Positions 50,365 to 60,078 of a stretch of DNA of 64,000 nucleotides are shown one piece after another. The translations under genes were made by a program, and so were the position numbers. This DNA comes from an uncultured Actinomycetota bacterium (lineage in GTDB: Bacteria; Actinomycetota; Acidimicrobiia; Spongiisociales; UBA5794). How positions within the stretch are numbered: the stretch's first letter is position 1; every line of letters starts with the position of its first letter. The stretch covers positions 495,843-559,842 of the forward strand of contig CAVQRN010000002.1 in assembly GCA_963715255.1 (NCBI GenBank). The letters run 5' to 3'. Below the pieces are notes generated by a model, which saw nothing but the letters and a program-made list of their open reading frames with translations, was not told where the DNA came from and made no database searches.

Positions 50365-52018
50365 TCAGGCCAGCCCGCTCCTGATGGCGAATGCGGTCGC
50401 CGCCGATCGGGATGAAACGCCGAGTTTCGTGAAGATGTTTGACACGTGACGGTCGATCGTGCGTTCGCTGAGAACCAAGTCTGCGGCGATCGAACGATTG
50501 GTAGCACCCGATGTCAGCATGCGGAGCACCTCGACTTCTCGATCGGTGAGCCCGTTCGGCCACTCCGATCGGGAGCCGTGGAGCAGGTCGTCGACGAACC
50601 GAACGTCGGGGATGGCACCAAGACCTGACGAAGATCGCCCGCGCCGCCTCGAGCTCCAGGTTCGCCGACTCGATGTCGCCCCGGGCCCGGAGCGAGCGAG
50701 CAAGATCGACCCTGATGCGTGCGACCTCGTAGGGAATCGACAGGTCCTGCCAGATCGCTCTTGGCTCGCTTCAGGTGGCCCGACGGCCTGGGTGATGCGG
50801 TTCTCCGCCAACGCCACGCGGCCTTCGGCGTCGGCCGCCCAGGCGACATGGGCGTCCGTGCGGGTCGCCTTGGCGGCAGCCGAGAGCTCCTCGGTTGCAC
50901 GCTTGGCTTCCGGTAGCCGGTCCGTTGCGATCGCCACTTCGATGTAGGCAGGAAGCACCTGGATTTCGGACGAAGAGGTCGATCGCCTCGGCGAGCGCCT
51001 CAGACAGCAAGGCGAACGCTGCTTCCGGGTTCCCTTGTGCGAATCTGAGCAGGGCCAATCCCGGCATCGGGTCGCCACCGTCGAGGCTCACCCGGCGGTA
51101 GCCATCGTCGGCTGCGTCGAGATCGCCGCGCATCCGGTGGATCTCGGCAAGCTGATAGTTGGCCTGGGCCGCAATCGCCGAACCGCGCCCCGAGCTCGCC
51201 CGCACGGCGGGCCTCTTCAGCGGCCTCCGCCCACGCCCCCTGCAAGCGAAGGATCTCGGAGCGATGTGCCAGGCACTGGTCGTTGAAGGCGACGAGGTCG
51301 GGCTGCTCACCGCACCAGTCGGTCAAGCGAGCGCGTCCATTCCGCAGCGCGTCTGATCGCATGCGTTTCGTAGCAGCCCTCGAGGACGCTGCAATACACG
51401 ATGACCGGTCACCATCGGGGAGAGGCGGGAACCAGTCACCGATATCATGACTTCGTCGAGGAGTCTGAGTCCTTCGTCGTTCTCGAGAGTCTGAGGAGTG
51501 CCCGGCCCTGGGTTTGGGCTGCGAGGGCCGTGAGGTCCGGATCGTCGAAGCGTCTCCCGATGTCGGCTGCCTGGGCACCTACCTACACGACATCTTCGAA
51601 CTCGCCTGCATGCGACGTGGCGCAGCATCCGAGGCATCAGCAGGTACCCGCGCTCGACACAGTCCTCAGGTGCGGCGAGCAGGAGCCGTTCGGAGAGCTC
51701 CACCCATCCGCTGGCCTGAGGGATCTTCCCTCGGCTCGCCAGGTTCGTCGCCAACCAGAGGGCCGTCCTCGCCGCATGCAGGACCTCGCCCTGCTCGCGG
51801 TAGGCGTGATACGCCCGTTCCTGGATCTCGAGCATCTCGGATACCTTCCCCAGCATGTACGCCGTCGTTGCGTACAACACGAGATCGGACGGCTCGATCG
51901 GTGCGGCCTTGTCGGCGGTGCCGAATGCCGTGCAAGCCGCGGTCCATGCCCGCTCGGTGTAGGAGGACCTGGCGCGACCGAGAAGATTCGCTCGCGAGGA
52001 ATCGAAGTCGGAGGCCAT
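50365..52018 (-). CDS. LuxR-family transcriptional regulator (TPR-like body, C-terminal HTH), multiple frameshifts
   Basis: [10 protein letters not shown]...; C-terminal [13 protein letters not shown]...[18 protein letters not shown]. Confidence 0.82.
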
Positions 52019-52504
52019 GGGCCAACGCTACTCGGTCGAACATCCGCCATCCCGTAATCGACGCGAGCTTGACGATCGCCCGGACCAACAGCAGCCACGC
52101 CGATGCGTCGCTCTCGACATTCCTACGACTTGACCTGGGTCTCGGCGAGAGAACGCGACGGGTGCTCGATGACATCGAGCGACCCGGCGACCGGGTGCGC
52201 CGCACACACACCGTGGCCTCAAGGACGCAATCGGCCGCTACCGGATCGATACGAGAATCGATCACGATGCGTCTCCCCGCGCCATCCGAAGCGGTGAAGA
52301 GAGAGCAGTTCAGCCTCGCACGGAACCGCACATCAGGCCCATATGGGCGACCAGCACCGCTCGACTAGTGCCTGCGTCGCACACGAGGCTCGGGTTCGTC
52401 GAGATCAAGAGACTCCGAGCCGCAGCGATGGCCCGCAAGGCCGGGCACGAAAACGAGATCCAGAAATCCGTCGAGTATGCCGATGCTTGGAGGGCACTGA
52501 AGAA

Positions 52505-52717
52505 ATGAGAGAGATGATTACCGAAGGCCAACGGAAAGTGGGCCTCGAGCAGAAGGTTGAGAGTCTCGACCGGGACGTAACGGATCTCAGACGTTGCGTC
52601 GAGGCATTGAATGCACTCGTTGGTGAGGGCCGTCTCTATCAGGTGAGGTCGGTGGTGCCGTCCAAGAACGTTGACACATCGGACAACCCTTGGCGTTCGA
52701 TCGAGCCCACCGGATAG
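52505..52717 (+). CDS. Small coiled-coil protein, copy B
   Basis: TEGQRKVGLEQKVESLDRDVTDLRRCVEALNALV; paralogue of 43539-43727; GGAGG upstream. Confidence 0.65.
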   Translation: MREMITEGQRKVGLEQKVESLDRDVTDLRRCVEALNALVGEGRLYQVRSVVPSKNVDTSDNPWRSIEPTG

Positions 52718-53128
52718 GCATCCTTCCGACAAGTTGGTGACGGTTGAGAAAGACCCTCCGGACGGCGCTCTTCCGACGATAGAGCTGGGCCGTGGCCGCA
52801 CACATCCTGACATATGGGCGGCATTCAGACTCTGACCGACCCGCCCATAGTGAAGGTCGTATGCCAAGGTGCTTGCGGGTTGGATGGACAGGATCGGGGT
52901 GGACCACACCGTGCTGGTGGGCAGACTCGTACGAGGTCACACCGGAATTCCTCTCTGGCCGCATGACAGCCGCGTCCGGCCGGCGGGGGACCTCCAATTG
53001 CCAGGTCCGTGCGGTTGAGGGATCGCGCAATCACAGGTGCGACGACTCTGATTGAACTGCGACAGGTTCCGTCGGTTGTCTTCGGCCCCTGTCCTGCCTC
53101 CCTCCCCATCTCGCGACCGTTGGAACCT

Positions 53129-53884
53129 TCAGTCCATCATCGGGACGAGGTCGGTTTCCCAGCTCTCAACGCGGGCCGAAGGCTGGCCACGCAGCAGCGC
53201 CGCAAACGAGCCCAGGGCCAGGAATGCGTCCCCTACCGGGTGGTAGAACGCGTCCCAATTCTCACTGCCCTCACCGTCGTGGTTGGGGATGACGTGGTCG
53301 GATCGGTAGGCGTAACCGAGCTCTGCAATGGCACTGGTCGCGCGCCGCTCGATATTCGCCAGATCGAGCTGGGACAAGTAGGTCTTCTCACGGACGGTTC
53401 TAGCCAGGAGCTTGCGTCTCATCACATCCGCGACGAAGGACGCGAGGTCAACTCGACGGGCCGGATCACGCAGATAGACAATCTCGTCGCGAGTCAGCGG
53501 CGAGAGGAATACCGTGAGTGTCGGGTACCGATCCAGCACCCCCGCTTCACGCAGCATCTCAGGAATGAACGGGTTGCCTTCGAAGAAAGCGTCGTGACCT
53601 GAGTCAAGAACCCCGTCGATCATCGCCAACTCGAGACCCTGAAAGTCGCCGCGAACATCACACGCCACGAATCCGGGCGATGAGGCGAGTCGCTCGATCT
53701 CTGCGCACGCGACCCGGAAGTGGTAGTCCACGCCATCGGCTTCGCCCTGACGCGGAGCCCGGCTGTTGTGGAGGACCAGGGGGACCAGCTGCGCCGCGAG
53801 CTCGGGATGGTGGCGTCGGAGGGCGCTCACCAGCGGCCCTTTGCCGACGCAGCTGGGACCCGACAGCAGTACCAATCGTGCCAC
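53129..53884 (-). CDS. Guanylate-kinase-like P-loop kinase
   Basis: LSGPSCVGKG, SRAPRQGEADGVDYHF, VFLSP; GGGAGG RBS. Confidence 0.75.
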   Translation of the reverse strand: MARLVLLSGPSCVGKGPLVSALRRHHPELAAQLVPLVLHNSRAPRQGEADGVDYHFRVACAEIERLASSPGFVACDVRGDFQGLELAMIDGVLDSGHDAFFEGNPFIPEMLREAGVLDRYPTLTVFLSPLTRDEIVYLRDPARRVDLASFVADVMRRKLLARTVREKTYLSQLDLANIERRATSAIAELGYAYRSDHVIPNHDGEGSENWDAFYHPVGDAFLALGSFAALLRGQPSARVESWETDLVPMMD

Positions 53885-54578
53885 CGTTCTTGCCTCCCGT
53901 CTCACCGGACCGTCGCTTGCGCTTCAAACACAGGAAACCAGGTAACGGGATCGACCGCAACCAGAAGCCATCCCTCCAATCAGCATGATTCGAGTGGAAT
54001 CGAGCGGAGTCATCACAAGCACCATTCATGGCCGCGGTTGCGCGGTCGGAAGAGAGCGGCCGGTGTGGGCCGATTGCTCTGCCTACCACCAGCGAATGAG
54101 CAGACGGCGTCCCGAGGCATTCGGGAATGCATGACATGAAGCTCGCATGTCAGGATGCGTGCGGTTTGGATGGACAGGACCGGGAGAGGTGGTACCGGGT
54201 TGGTGTGCAGGCTCGTGCTGGGATGCACCGCCCACAACCCCAGATGCGATCGACATGACGGCCCTTGCTCGCGCACGTCGCCGCCCGCTTCCGTATCTGG
54301 TCCGCCACGAACGGCACCGGCTCTCGACCGTTCGACAATGCGTGGAACGGGGACGGCTGGCTCGCCCAACGCGACCCAGACCGAACGATTCGAGAGGAGC
54401 TCGACACCCTCGGACAACTCGGCGACGGCGCAACGACCGAGACCCGAATCCTCGTCTGTCCGAGCCGGCAGACGAAGGAGTCACGAACGCCCGACGAAAC
54501 CGCCCATGTTGGGTGCGAGTTCAGGCGAACACACATCACATTGCAGACCGGACGGCGGTCCCACTCGATCGATGCGGG

Positions 54579-55368
54579 TCAAGCGAATTGCACCGACCTC
54601 TTGGCGAAGCCGAATTGAAAGTCGTCAATGACGGTGGTGGGCGTCTGCTCCCGGATCTGTTGCAGCCCCGACGCGATGAAGAGCGGTGTGAAGTGTTCGA
54701 CGGTCGGGTGTGCGTATGGCATGCCCGGTGCTCGGTCGTATGCGGCCAGAGCGTTCACGTCGCCTCGGTTCAGAGCATCCGCAACCCACGCGTCGAATTC
54801 CTTGGACCACCCGGGCACGTGGTTGTCGAGGAACATCTCACGCGTGGCGTATCGGAGGCCGTGCGTCATGAAACCCGACCCGATGACCAGAATCCCCTCG
54901 TCACGCAGCGGCCGGAGCCTGCGTCCCAGGTCGAAGAGGCGTTGGGGGTCATGCGTCGGCATGCTCATCTGCAGCACGGGCAGATCGGCAAAGGGGTACA
55001 TGACCTTGAGTGGCACCCACGCTCCGTGATCGAGGCCACGGCTCGCGTGCCGATGGATCGGTTCGACGTCAGGCATCATCGACGCGACTCTCCGGGCGAG
55101 ATTGCTCGCATCCGGAGTGGGATAGGTCATCGTGTAGTAGACGGGGGCGAACCCTCCGAAGTCGTAGACGAGGGGCGTGTGCTCTTCTGAGGCGGTCAGG
55201 CTCAGAGGCGCTGCCTCCCAGTGAGCGCTCACAATCAGAATCGCCCGAGGTTTGGGCAGCATCTGAGACCAGCCGAACAGCTGACTCATCCAATGCGGGT
55301 CGTCGAATACAGGTGGCGCTCCGTGGCTCAGATAGATCGCGGGAAGGGGCCCGTCGTCTTCGATCCAT
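54579..55368 (-). CDS. DODA/LigB-type extradiol dioxygenase family protein (start uncertain)
   Basis: YLSHGAP, VSAHW, YDFGGF, RGLDHGAWVPL, GSGFMTH, AHPTVEHFTPL. Confidence 0.88.
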
Positions 55369-55649
55369 TCCGGACAGCGAGCGACTCGATGGTGCTTGTT
55401 CGTCGAGAAAGCGTGTGTATGCCTCACCGGGCACCGCGGGGTTCATGACACTCATCAGAGCCACTATCTCTCTGCAACCGATGAGAGGACGTTGCTACTT
55501 GCGGCGGATGACATTCCGTTCCTCTCGGGTTGCCGTGCGGGTTGCTCCGCATCGGTGGTCTGGCGGTCTCCACAGACGTCGGAGTCGATTCCCTGCTCTC
55601 GACCTGGCCGATGATCTCCAGCCACGACTACTGCGGCACGACACAGGGT

Positions 55650-55689
55650 GATGTGACAGGGGCTGGATGCTCCCAGCCCCTGTCACATC
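55650..55689. terminator. Strong hairpin downstream of the YceI gene
   Basis: GATGTGACAGGGGCTGG-atgctc-CCAGCCCCTGTCACATC, 17-bp perfect inverted repeat. Confidence 0.75.
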
Positions 55690-55697
55690 GATGGTTG

Positions 55698-56279
55698 TCA
55701 GCCGTTGGCGGGGCCTGCCTGCATCTCGATCTCGATGTTGACTTTCTTCGAGACGAGAACTCCGCCTGCTTCGAGGGGAACGTTCCAGTTCAGGTTCCAA
55801 TCCTCTCGGTTGATTGTGGTGGTAGCCGAGAACGCTGCTTCTGGTTGCCATATGGATCGGTGGTAACGCCGAGGAAGTCGAACTCGAGAGTCACGGGCTG
55901 CGTGATGTCCTTGATGGTCGAGTTCGCCATCGAGGACCCAGGACGATCCGCTGGATCGCACTGCCGTTGATACGAATCTCATCTCTGGGTGGTTCTCGAT
56001 GTCGAAGAAGTCTGCGGTTCTGATGTGACCATCGCGATCAGCGTCTCCGGTCGAGACGGATGCGGTATCGATTACGACTGCGACGCTAGATGCGGCCGGA
56101 TCCTCCGCTACCTCGATCGTCCCGGCAACGGAACCGAAACTGCCCCGCACCTTGGCGACCATCAAATGGCGGACCACGAACTCGGCCGAGGTGTGGGACC
56201 CGTCGATGATCCACGTACCGACTGCCGGCACGGCGACCCCGTCGGCGGTTCGGGTGAGTTCCTGGACTGTGGTTGACAT
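55698..56279 (-). CDS. YceI-family polyisoprenoid-binding protein (internal compensating frameshifts)
   Basis: WIIDGSHT, VRHLMVAKVRG, RDGHIRTADFFD, INREDWNLNWN...GGVLV; AAGGAG RBS. Confidence 0.88.
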   Translation of the reverse strand: MSTTVQELTRTADGVAVPAVGTWIIDGSHTSAEFVVRHLMVAKVRGSFGSVAGTIEVAEDPAASSVAVVIDTASVSTGDADRDGHIRTADFFDIENHPEMRFVSTAVRSSGSSWVLDGELDHQGHHAARDSRVRLPRRYHRSIWQPEAAFSATTTINREDWNLNWNVPLEAGGVLVSKKVNIEIEMQAGPANG

Positions 56280-56294
56280 TGCATTCTCCTTTGA

Positions 56295-56350
56295 TTGCGA
56301 CGTGCAATGATTGCTGTGCGCAACTATATCAGAGTCGTTGCGTTATGCAA
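56295..56350. promoter_or_regulatory. Three TTGC-N5-GCAA palindromes, probable MarR operators
   Basis: TTGCgacgtGCAA 56295-56307, TTGCtgtgcGCAA 56311-56323, TTGCgttatGCAA 56338-56350 between the divergent YceI and MarR genes. Confidence 0.75.
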
Positions 56351-56373
56351 CTATTTTCTCTAGTGTCCCGGGC

Positions 56374-56865
56374 ATGCCTCCTGTGAAGATCAGAGCCACC
56401 CCCGCTTCAGATGCCTGGCGAAACGTGATGACAGCATTCACTCGCGTGAACGCCATCCTCGCCCGCGAGATGGAGGCCGAGACAACCATCTCCCTCGAGT
56501 GGTACGCGATCCTGCTGATGCTCGCGCAGTCAGAAGAAGCAGCCATGCGGCCAAGCGACCTCGCCGACCAAATCGGATTGAGCCGCAGCGCAACGACCCG
56601 ACTTGTCGATCGGCTCGAGTCCGACGGGCTCGTTGAACGCCGCGCCTGCGGCTCGGACCGCCGGGGTACGTTTGTCTTGCTCACACCCCGGGGCGAAGAG
56701 GTCTTCAAGGGAGCCGGGCGCATCCACCTCCGCGGCATCGACGAGCACGTCGGATCCCACCTCACCGGCGACGAACTTGCCCAACTCGCAGCGCTGCTCG
56801 GGAAACTCGCGGACAGCGTCGGCGGCGACGCCCTCTCAACCCTCTCCCCGAGCGCCGCGCTCTAG
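56374..56865 (+). CDS. MarR-family transcriptional regulator
   Basis: MRPSDLADQIGLSRSATTRLVDRLESDGLVER...DRRG..LT..G. Confidence 0.92.
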   Translation: MPPVKIRATPASDAWRNVMTAFTRVNAILAREMEAETTISLEWYAILLMLAQSEEAAMRPSDLADQIGLSRSATTRLVDRLESDGLVERRACGSDRRGTFVLLTPRGEEVFKGAGRIHLRGIDEHVGSHLTGDELAQLAALLGKLADSVGGDALSTLSPSAAL

Positions 56866-57140
56866 CGGCGCGCCGCGATCGGGCACGGAAACGACACCTT
56901 CTGAAGCTGACGCTCCGGCCCTGGTCCCACCGTGCCCGAACACGCAGACACGAATCGGGCAACCGCACATAGCAGTACGGGCTTCCACACACGCAGATGG
57001 GGACTGGATCGCACCTCGCGCGCTGTGACAGGGTGTTCTGACTAGGGTCTCGTGCCGGACGGTGATCGAGTGGGTCTCGCTCGAAGGTGAGTCACCCTCG
57101 GTCAAGGATGGCCGCCGTCATTCATCGATTGGAGGTCGAT

Positions 57141-57554
57141 GTGGCCACACAGGCAGAGGATCAGAACAGTGAGGAACGGAAGATTCAAGGGTTGAGTCCC
57201 GAGGATTGGAGTCTTCGTCAGGCTCGTCGTGCGTTCATCTTTGCGATTCTGACTCCGGTGTGGTGGATCCTCATGCTCATCCTCATCAATCTGCTAGCCG
57301 AATTGCTCCCTTCCACAAGTACTGATTCCACCTTCGTATTCGTCACATGGGGCGTGATGGCCCTGATCTTCACAGCCACCGTCACATACACGGGCGTGCA
57401 GCAGCGGCAGTTGATTCGGGAGTACGAAGCCCAGCGGGGACTCTGGCTTGCACGGGGAGCCGTAATCGTCGGGGCGCTCTTCACCATTGCGACCCTGGCC
57501 ATCATCGTGGCCATCTTCACGAGCGGGGACGCCTCCACTCGACCGCTGCTCTGA
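57141..57554 (+). CDS. Hypothetical 3-TM membrane protein
   Basis: GGAGG before GTG; three hydrophobic helices. Confidence 0.6.
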   Translation: MATQAEDQNSEERKIQGLSPEDWSLRQARRAFIFAILTPVWWILMLILINLLAELLPSTSTDSTFVFVTWGVMALIFTATVTYTGVQQRQLIREYEAQRGLWLARGAVIVGALFTIATLAIIVAIFTSGDASTRPLL

Positions 57555-57822
57555 ACGACGACCTCCCGGCCCGCCGTCACTACCAAGCTGAGCAGCGCAC
57601 ATGCGCACCCATGGGCGGTCCGCGATGGGCAGGTCAGGTTGTACGCGTGAAGGGTCCGCGTACCGGGTGTCGGAGAGAGTCGCTTGGCTAGAGTCGGCAG
57701 AGAATGGCCCAAGCTTCGAGTGATCGAGCGCGACAGCCCTGCGGCGTTGATTCCCAACCGTGTGAGCTGCTCGGGGCTGAGTTCACGGATTGACTGTCGT
57801 GCGGCGGGAAGTGAGGTGACCG

Positions 57823-58977
57823 TTGGCCGATCGGTATGAGACGGTCATCGTCGGTGGCGGGATCGCTGGTCTGGCGTGTGCGCGTCGACTCCACGACAGC
57901 CAGCGATCATTCCTGCTCATCACGGAGGACGTTGGTGGTCGTATCCGCACGTCCGCGGATGGAACGGTCAACCTTGGTGCCTACTACGTGAGGGGCGACT
58001 ACGACCACGTGAACCAGTTCGTTGACCGGGGCCGCCGGATCAAGCGGCGCCACATCCTGCGCGGCGACCCGAACGGTTCGTTCACCCGACGAGACGTGCC
58101 GCTGCTTCGGCACCCCCTGCAGGCTGTCCGTTTCGTTCGTTTCATGCGCATGTTCCGTCGCCACTATGAGACGCTGAAACAGGATTGTGTGGCGATGTCA
58201 CAGGCCCAGGCGATCCGCGCAGATCCACTCCTATACGACCTCTACCACGAGCCGGCGCCCCGGTTCATTCAGCGGAATCGGATCGAGGACATCGCCCGGT
58301 CCTATCTTGCCCCTGCCGCACAAGGCACCGCCTTCACCTCCGTGGACCGGCTAACTGCGTTCACGATGTTGGTCGGAACCCTCCCCCTGATCGTCCCTAT
58401 GTACGAATACACGTTCCGCTTCGACGTCCTGATCGCTGGTTTCGAAGACGCTGTGCTCATCGATTCCGTGACGGCGGTCACACGCAAGGGTGTCGGATAC
58501 TCGATGCAGACCCGCAACAGCGGCACCGTCTCAGCCGACAACGTCGTGGTTGCCACCCCTATCGACGTCTCCGCCCGACTCCTGGACCTCGGCCGAGTGA
58601 AGAGCCCTATTGACGCCCACATGTTCCTGGTCAGGGGCAAGCTGCGCCGACCGTGGAGGCAAGCCACCTTCACCCTGTTCCCCGACGGTGACCGCATCCT
58701 CGCGATCGCCCAGCAGACAGACGGATCGACGCTGTTCTGCTCGGTATCGGACGATCCCGACTTCGGGCGGTGTTTCACCACCTGGGACGTCGTCGAACAC
58801 CACTACTGGAACCCGGCGTTCCACCTCGAAGGAGACGCCCTCCTCGAATGCGAGCAGGCACCGGGCCTCTACCTGGTGGGCGACCACAATGTATGCAACC
58901 TCGAAGACGCTTACATCACCGGCATCTACGCCGCCAACAGAATCCTCGCCGGACACGGGAACGCCACACCGACGTAG
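57823..58977 (+). CDS. FAD-dependent oxidoreductase (amine oxidase / protoporphyrinogen oxidase-like)
   Basis: VIVGGGIAGLACA, VGGRIRT, ADNVVVATP, LYLVGD...LEDAYITGIYAA. Confidence 0.8.
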   Translation: MADRYETVIVGGGIAGLACARRLHDSQRSFLLITEDVGGRIRTSADGTVNLGAYYVRGDYDHVNQFVDRGRRIKRRHILRGDPNGSFTRRDVPLLRHPLQAVRFVRFMRMFRRHYETLKQDCVAMSQAQAIRADPLLYDLYHEPAPRFIQRNRIEDIARSYLAPAAQGTAFTSVDRLTAFTMLVGTLPLIVPMYEYTFRFDVLIAGFEDAVLIDSVTAVTRKGVGYSMQTRNSGTVSADNVVVATPIDVSARLLDLGRVKSPIDAHMFLVRGKLRRPWRQATFTLFPDGDRILAIAQQTDGSTLFCSVSDDPDFGRCFTTWDVVEHHYWNPAFHLEGDALLECEQAPGLYLVGDHNVCNLEDAYITGIYAANRILAGHGNATPT

Positions 58978-59118
58978 CCGACCAGCGACGACGTCGAACA
59001 ACCGAGAGTCACGCAACCAACGCCCGCCCATGTCGAGGCACAAGTGGGCGGTCCGAGACTGTGGCGGGGCAATCGATACCCTCCTGTCTCCCGGCCGGTA
59101 CGAACGCAAAGAGCAGCC

Positions 59119-59772
59119 ATGCAATCTGAAACAGCACCAGGAACGGCGAAGCCAACACTGCGAGGATGGCAGCACGCTGCGATGTTCCCGATCGCCGTCG
59201 TCGCCGGGGCGTTGCTCGTCGCCACAGCACCGACGACAGCTGGCCGCATCAGCTCTGCGATATTCGCAACGACCGCAGTTCTGCTCTTCGGCGTAAGCGC
59301 CCTTCTCCACCGAGGCACGTGGACACCGAAGGCCGAGGCACTGCTCCGACGTGTCGACCATGCAAACATCTACCTGATCATCGCCGGCACCTACACGCCG
59401 TTCGCTGTTCTCGCTCTGCCACAAAACGAAGGCAAGGTACTCCTTGCGATCGTATGGGCCGGTGCGCTGATCGGTGTGGCGTTGCGAGTCTTCTGGATCG
59501 GTACACCCCGTTGGCTGTCAACAACGCTCTATGTAGTCGTTGGTTGGATTGTTGTCTTCTTCATCCCCGACCTGATCGAAGAAGCCGGTGCGGGCGTGGT
59601 TGTGCTTGTCGCCCTGGGTGGCATCCTCTACACCATTGGAGCGATCGTGTATGCAACCAAGTGGCCCAACCCCTCCCTGCGAAGGTACGGATTCCACGAG
59701 GTGTTCCACTCACTGACGATCGCCGCATTCACTGCCCACTACGTCGCAGTGTGGCTCGTCGTACACCAATAG
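59119..59772 (+). CDS. Hemolysin III (PAQR) family membrane protein
   Basis: KPTLRGWQH, SALLHR, DHANIYLIIAGTYTP, GFHEVFH. Confidence 0.92.
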   Translation: MQSETAPGTAKPTLRGWQHAAMFPIAVVAGALLVATAPTTAGRISSAIFATTAVLLFGVSALLHRGTWTPKAEALLRRVDHANIYLIIAGTYTPFAVLALPQNEGKVLLAIVWAGALIGVALRVFWIGTPRWLSTTLYVVVGWIVVFFIPDLIEEAGAGVVVLVALGGILYTIGAIVYATKWPNPSLRRYGFHEVFHSLTIAAFTAHYVAVWLVVHQ

Positions 59773-60078
59773 GAACACACCGGACTTCACCAACCGAGAC
59801 CCGCCCATAGCGGTACATACCCGCGGACGACACGCAGCAAACAGCGGCTGCATCGCGTTCGTTGGAGATTGTCGCTCCGGAACCGGACTGTGGCCCACCA
59901 CCGCACTTCGAGCAGAGCTGGTCACCGGAAGTCTGAATCGCCCGCCCCCCTCGTGAGGAGCGCCGAAGGACGGGGGAATGGATTTGGGGGCTCACAGGGA
60001 CAAATCCGTGTTCCTTCAAGCCAGTTCGGCGCTTTCTTCCTTTGACAGCTGTCACCGTTTGACAGCGACCGGCACGCG

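Noticed and set aside
52815-52960. Minus-strand GAGGAATTCCGGTG...AGTCTGAATGCCGCC resembling cobalamin riboswitch boxes
   Set aside because: Expected pairing partners not found and no B12-related gene downstream; needs an Rfam scan
53900-54570. Overlapping short ORFs between the kinase and dioxygenase genes
   Set aside because: No consistent frame, RBS or motif; possibly decayed or error-rich sequence
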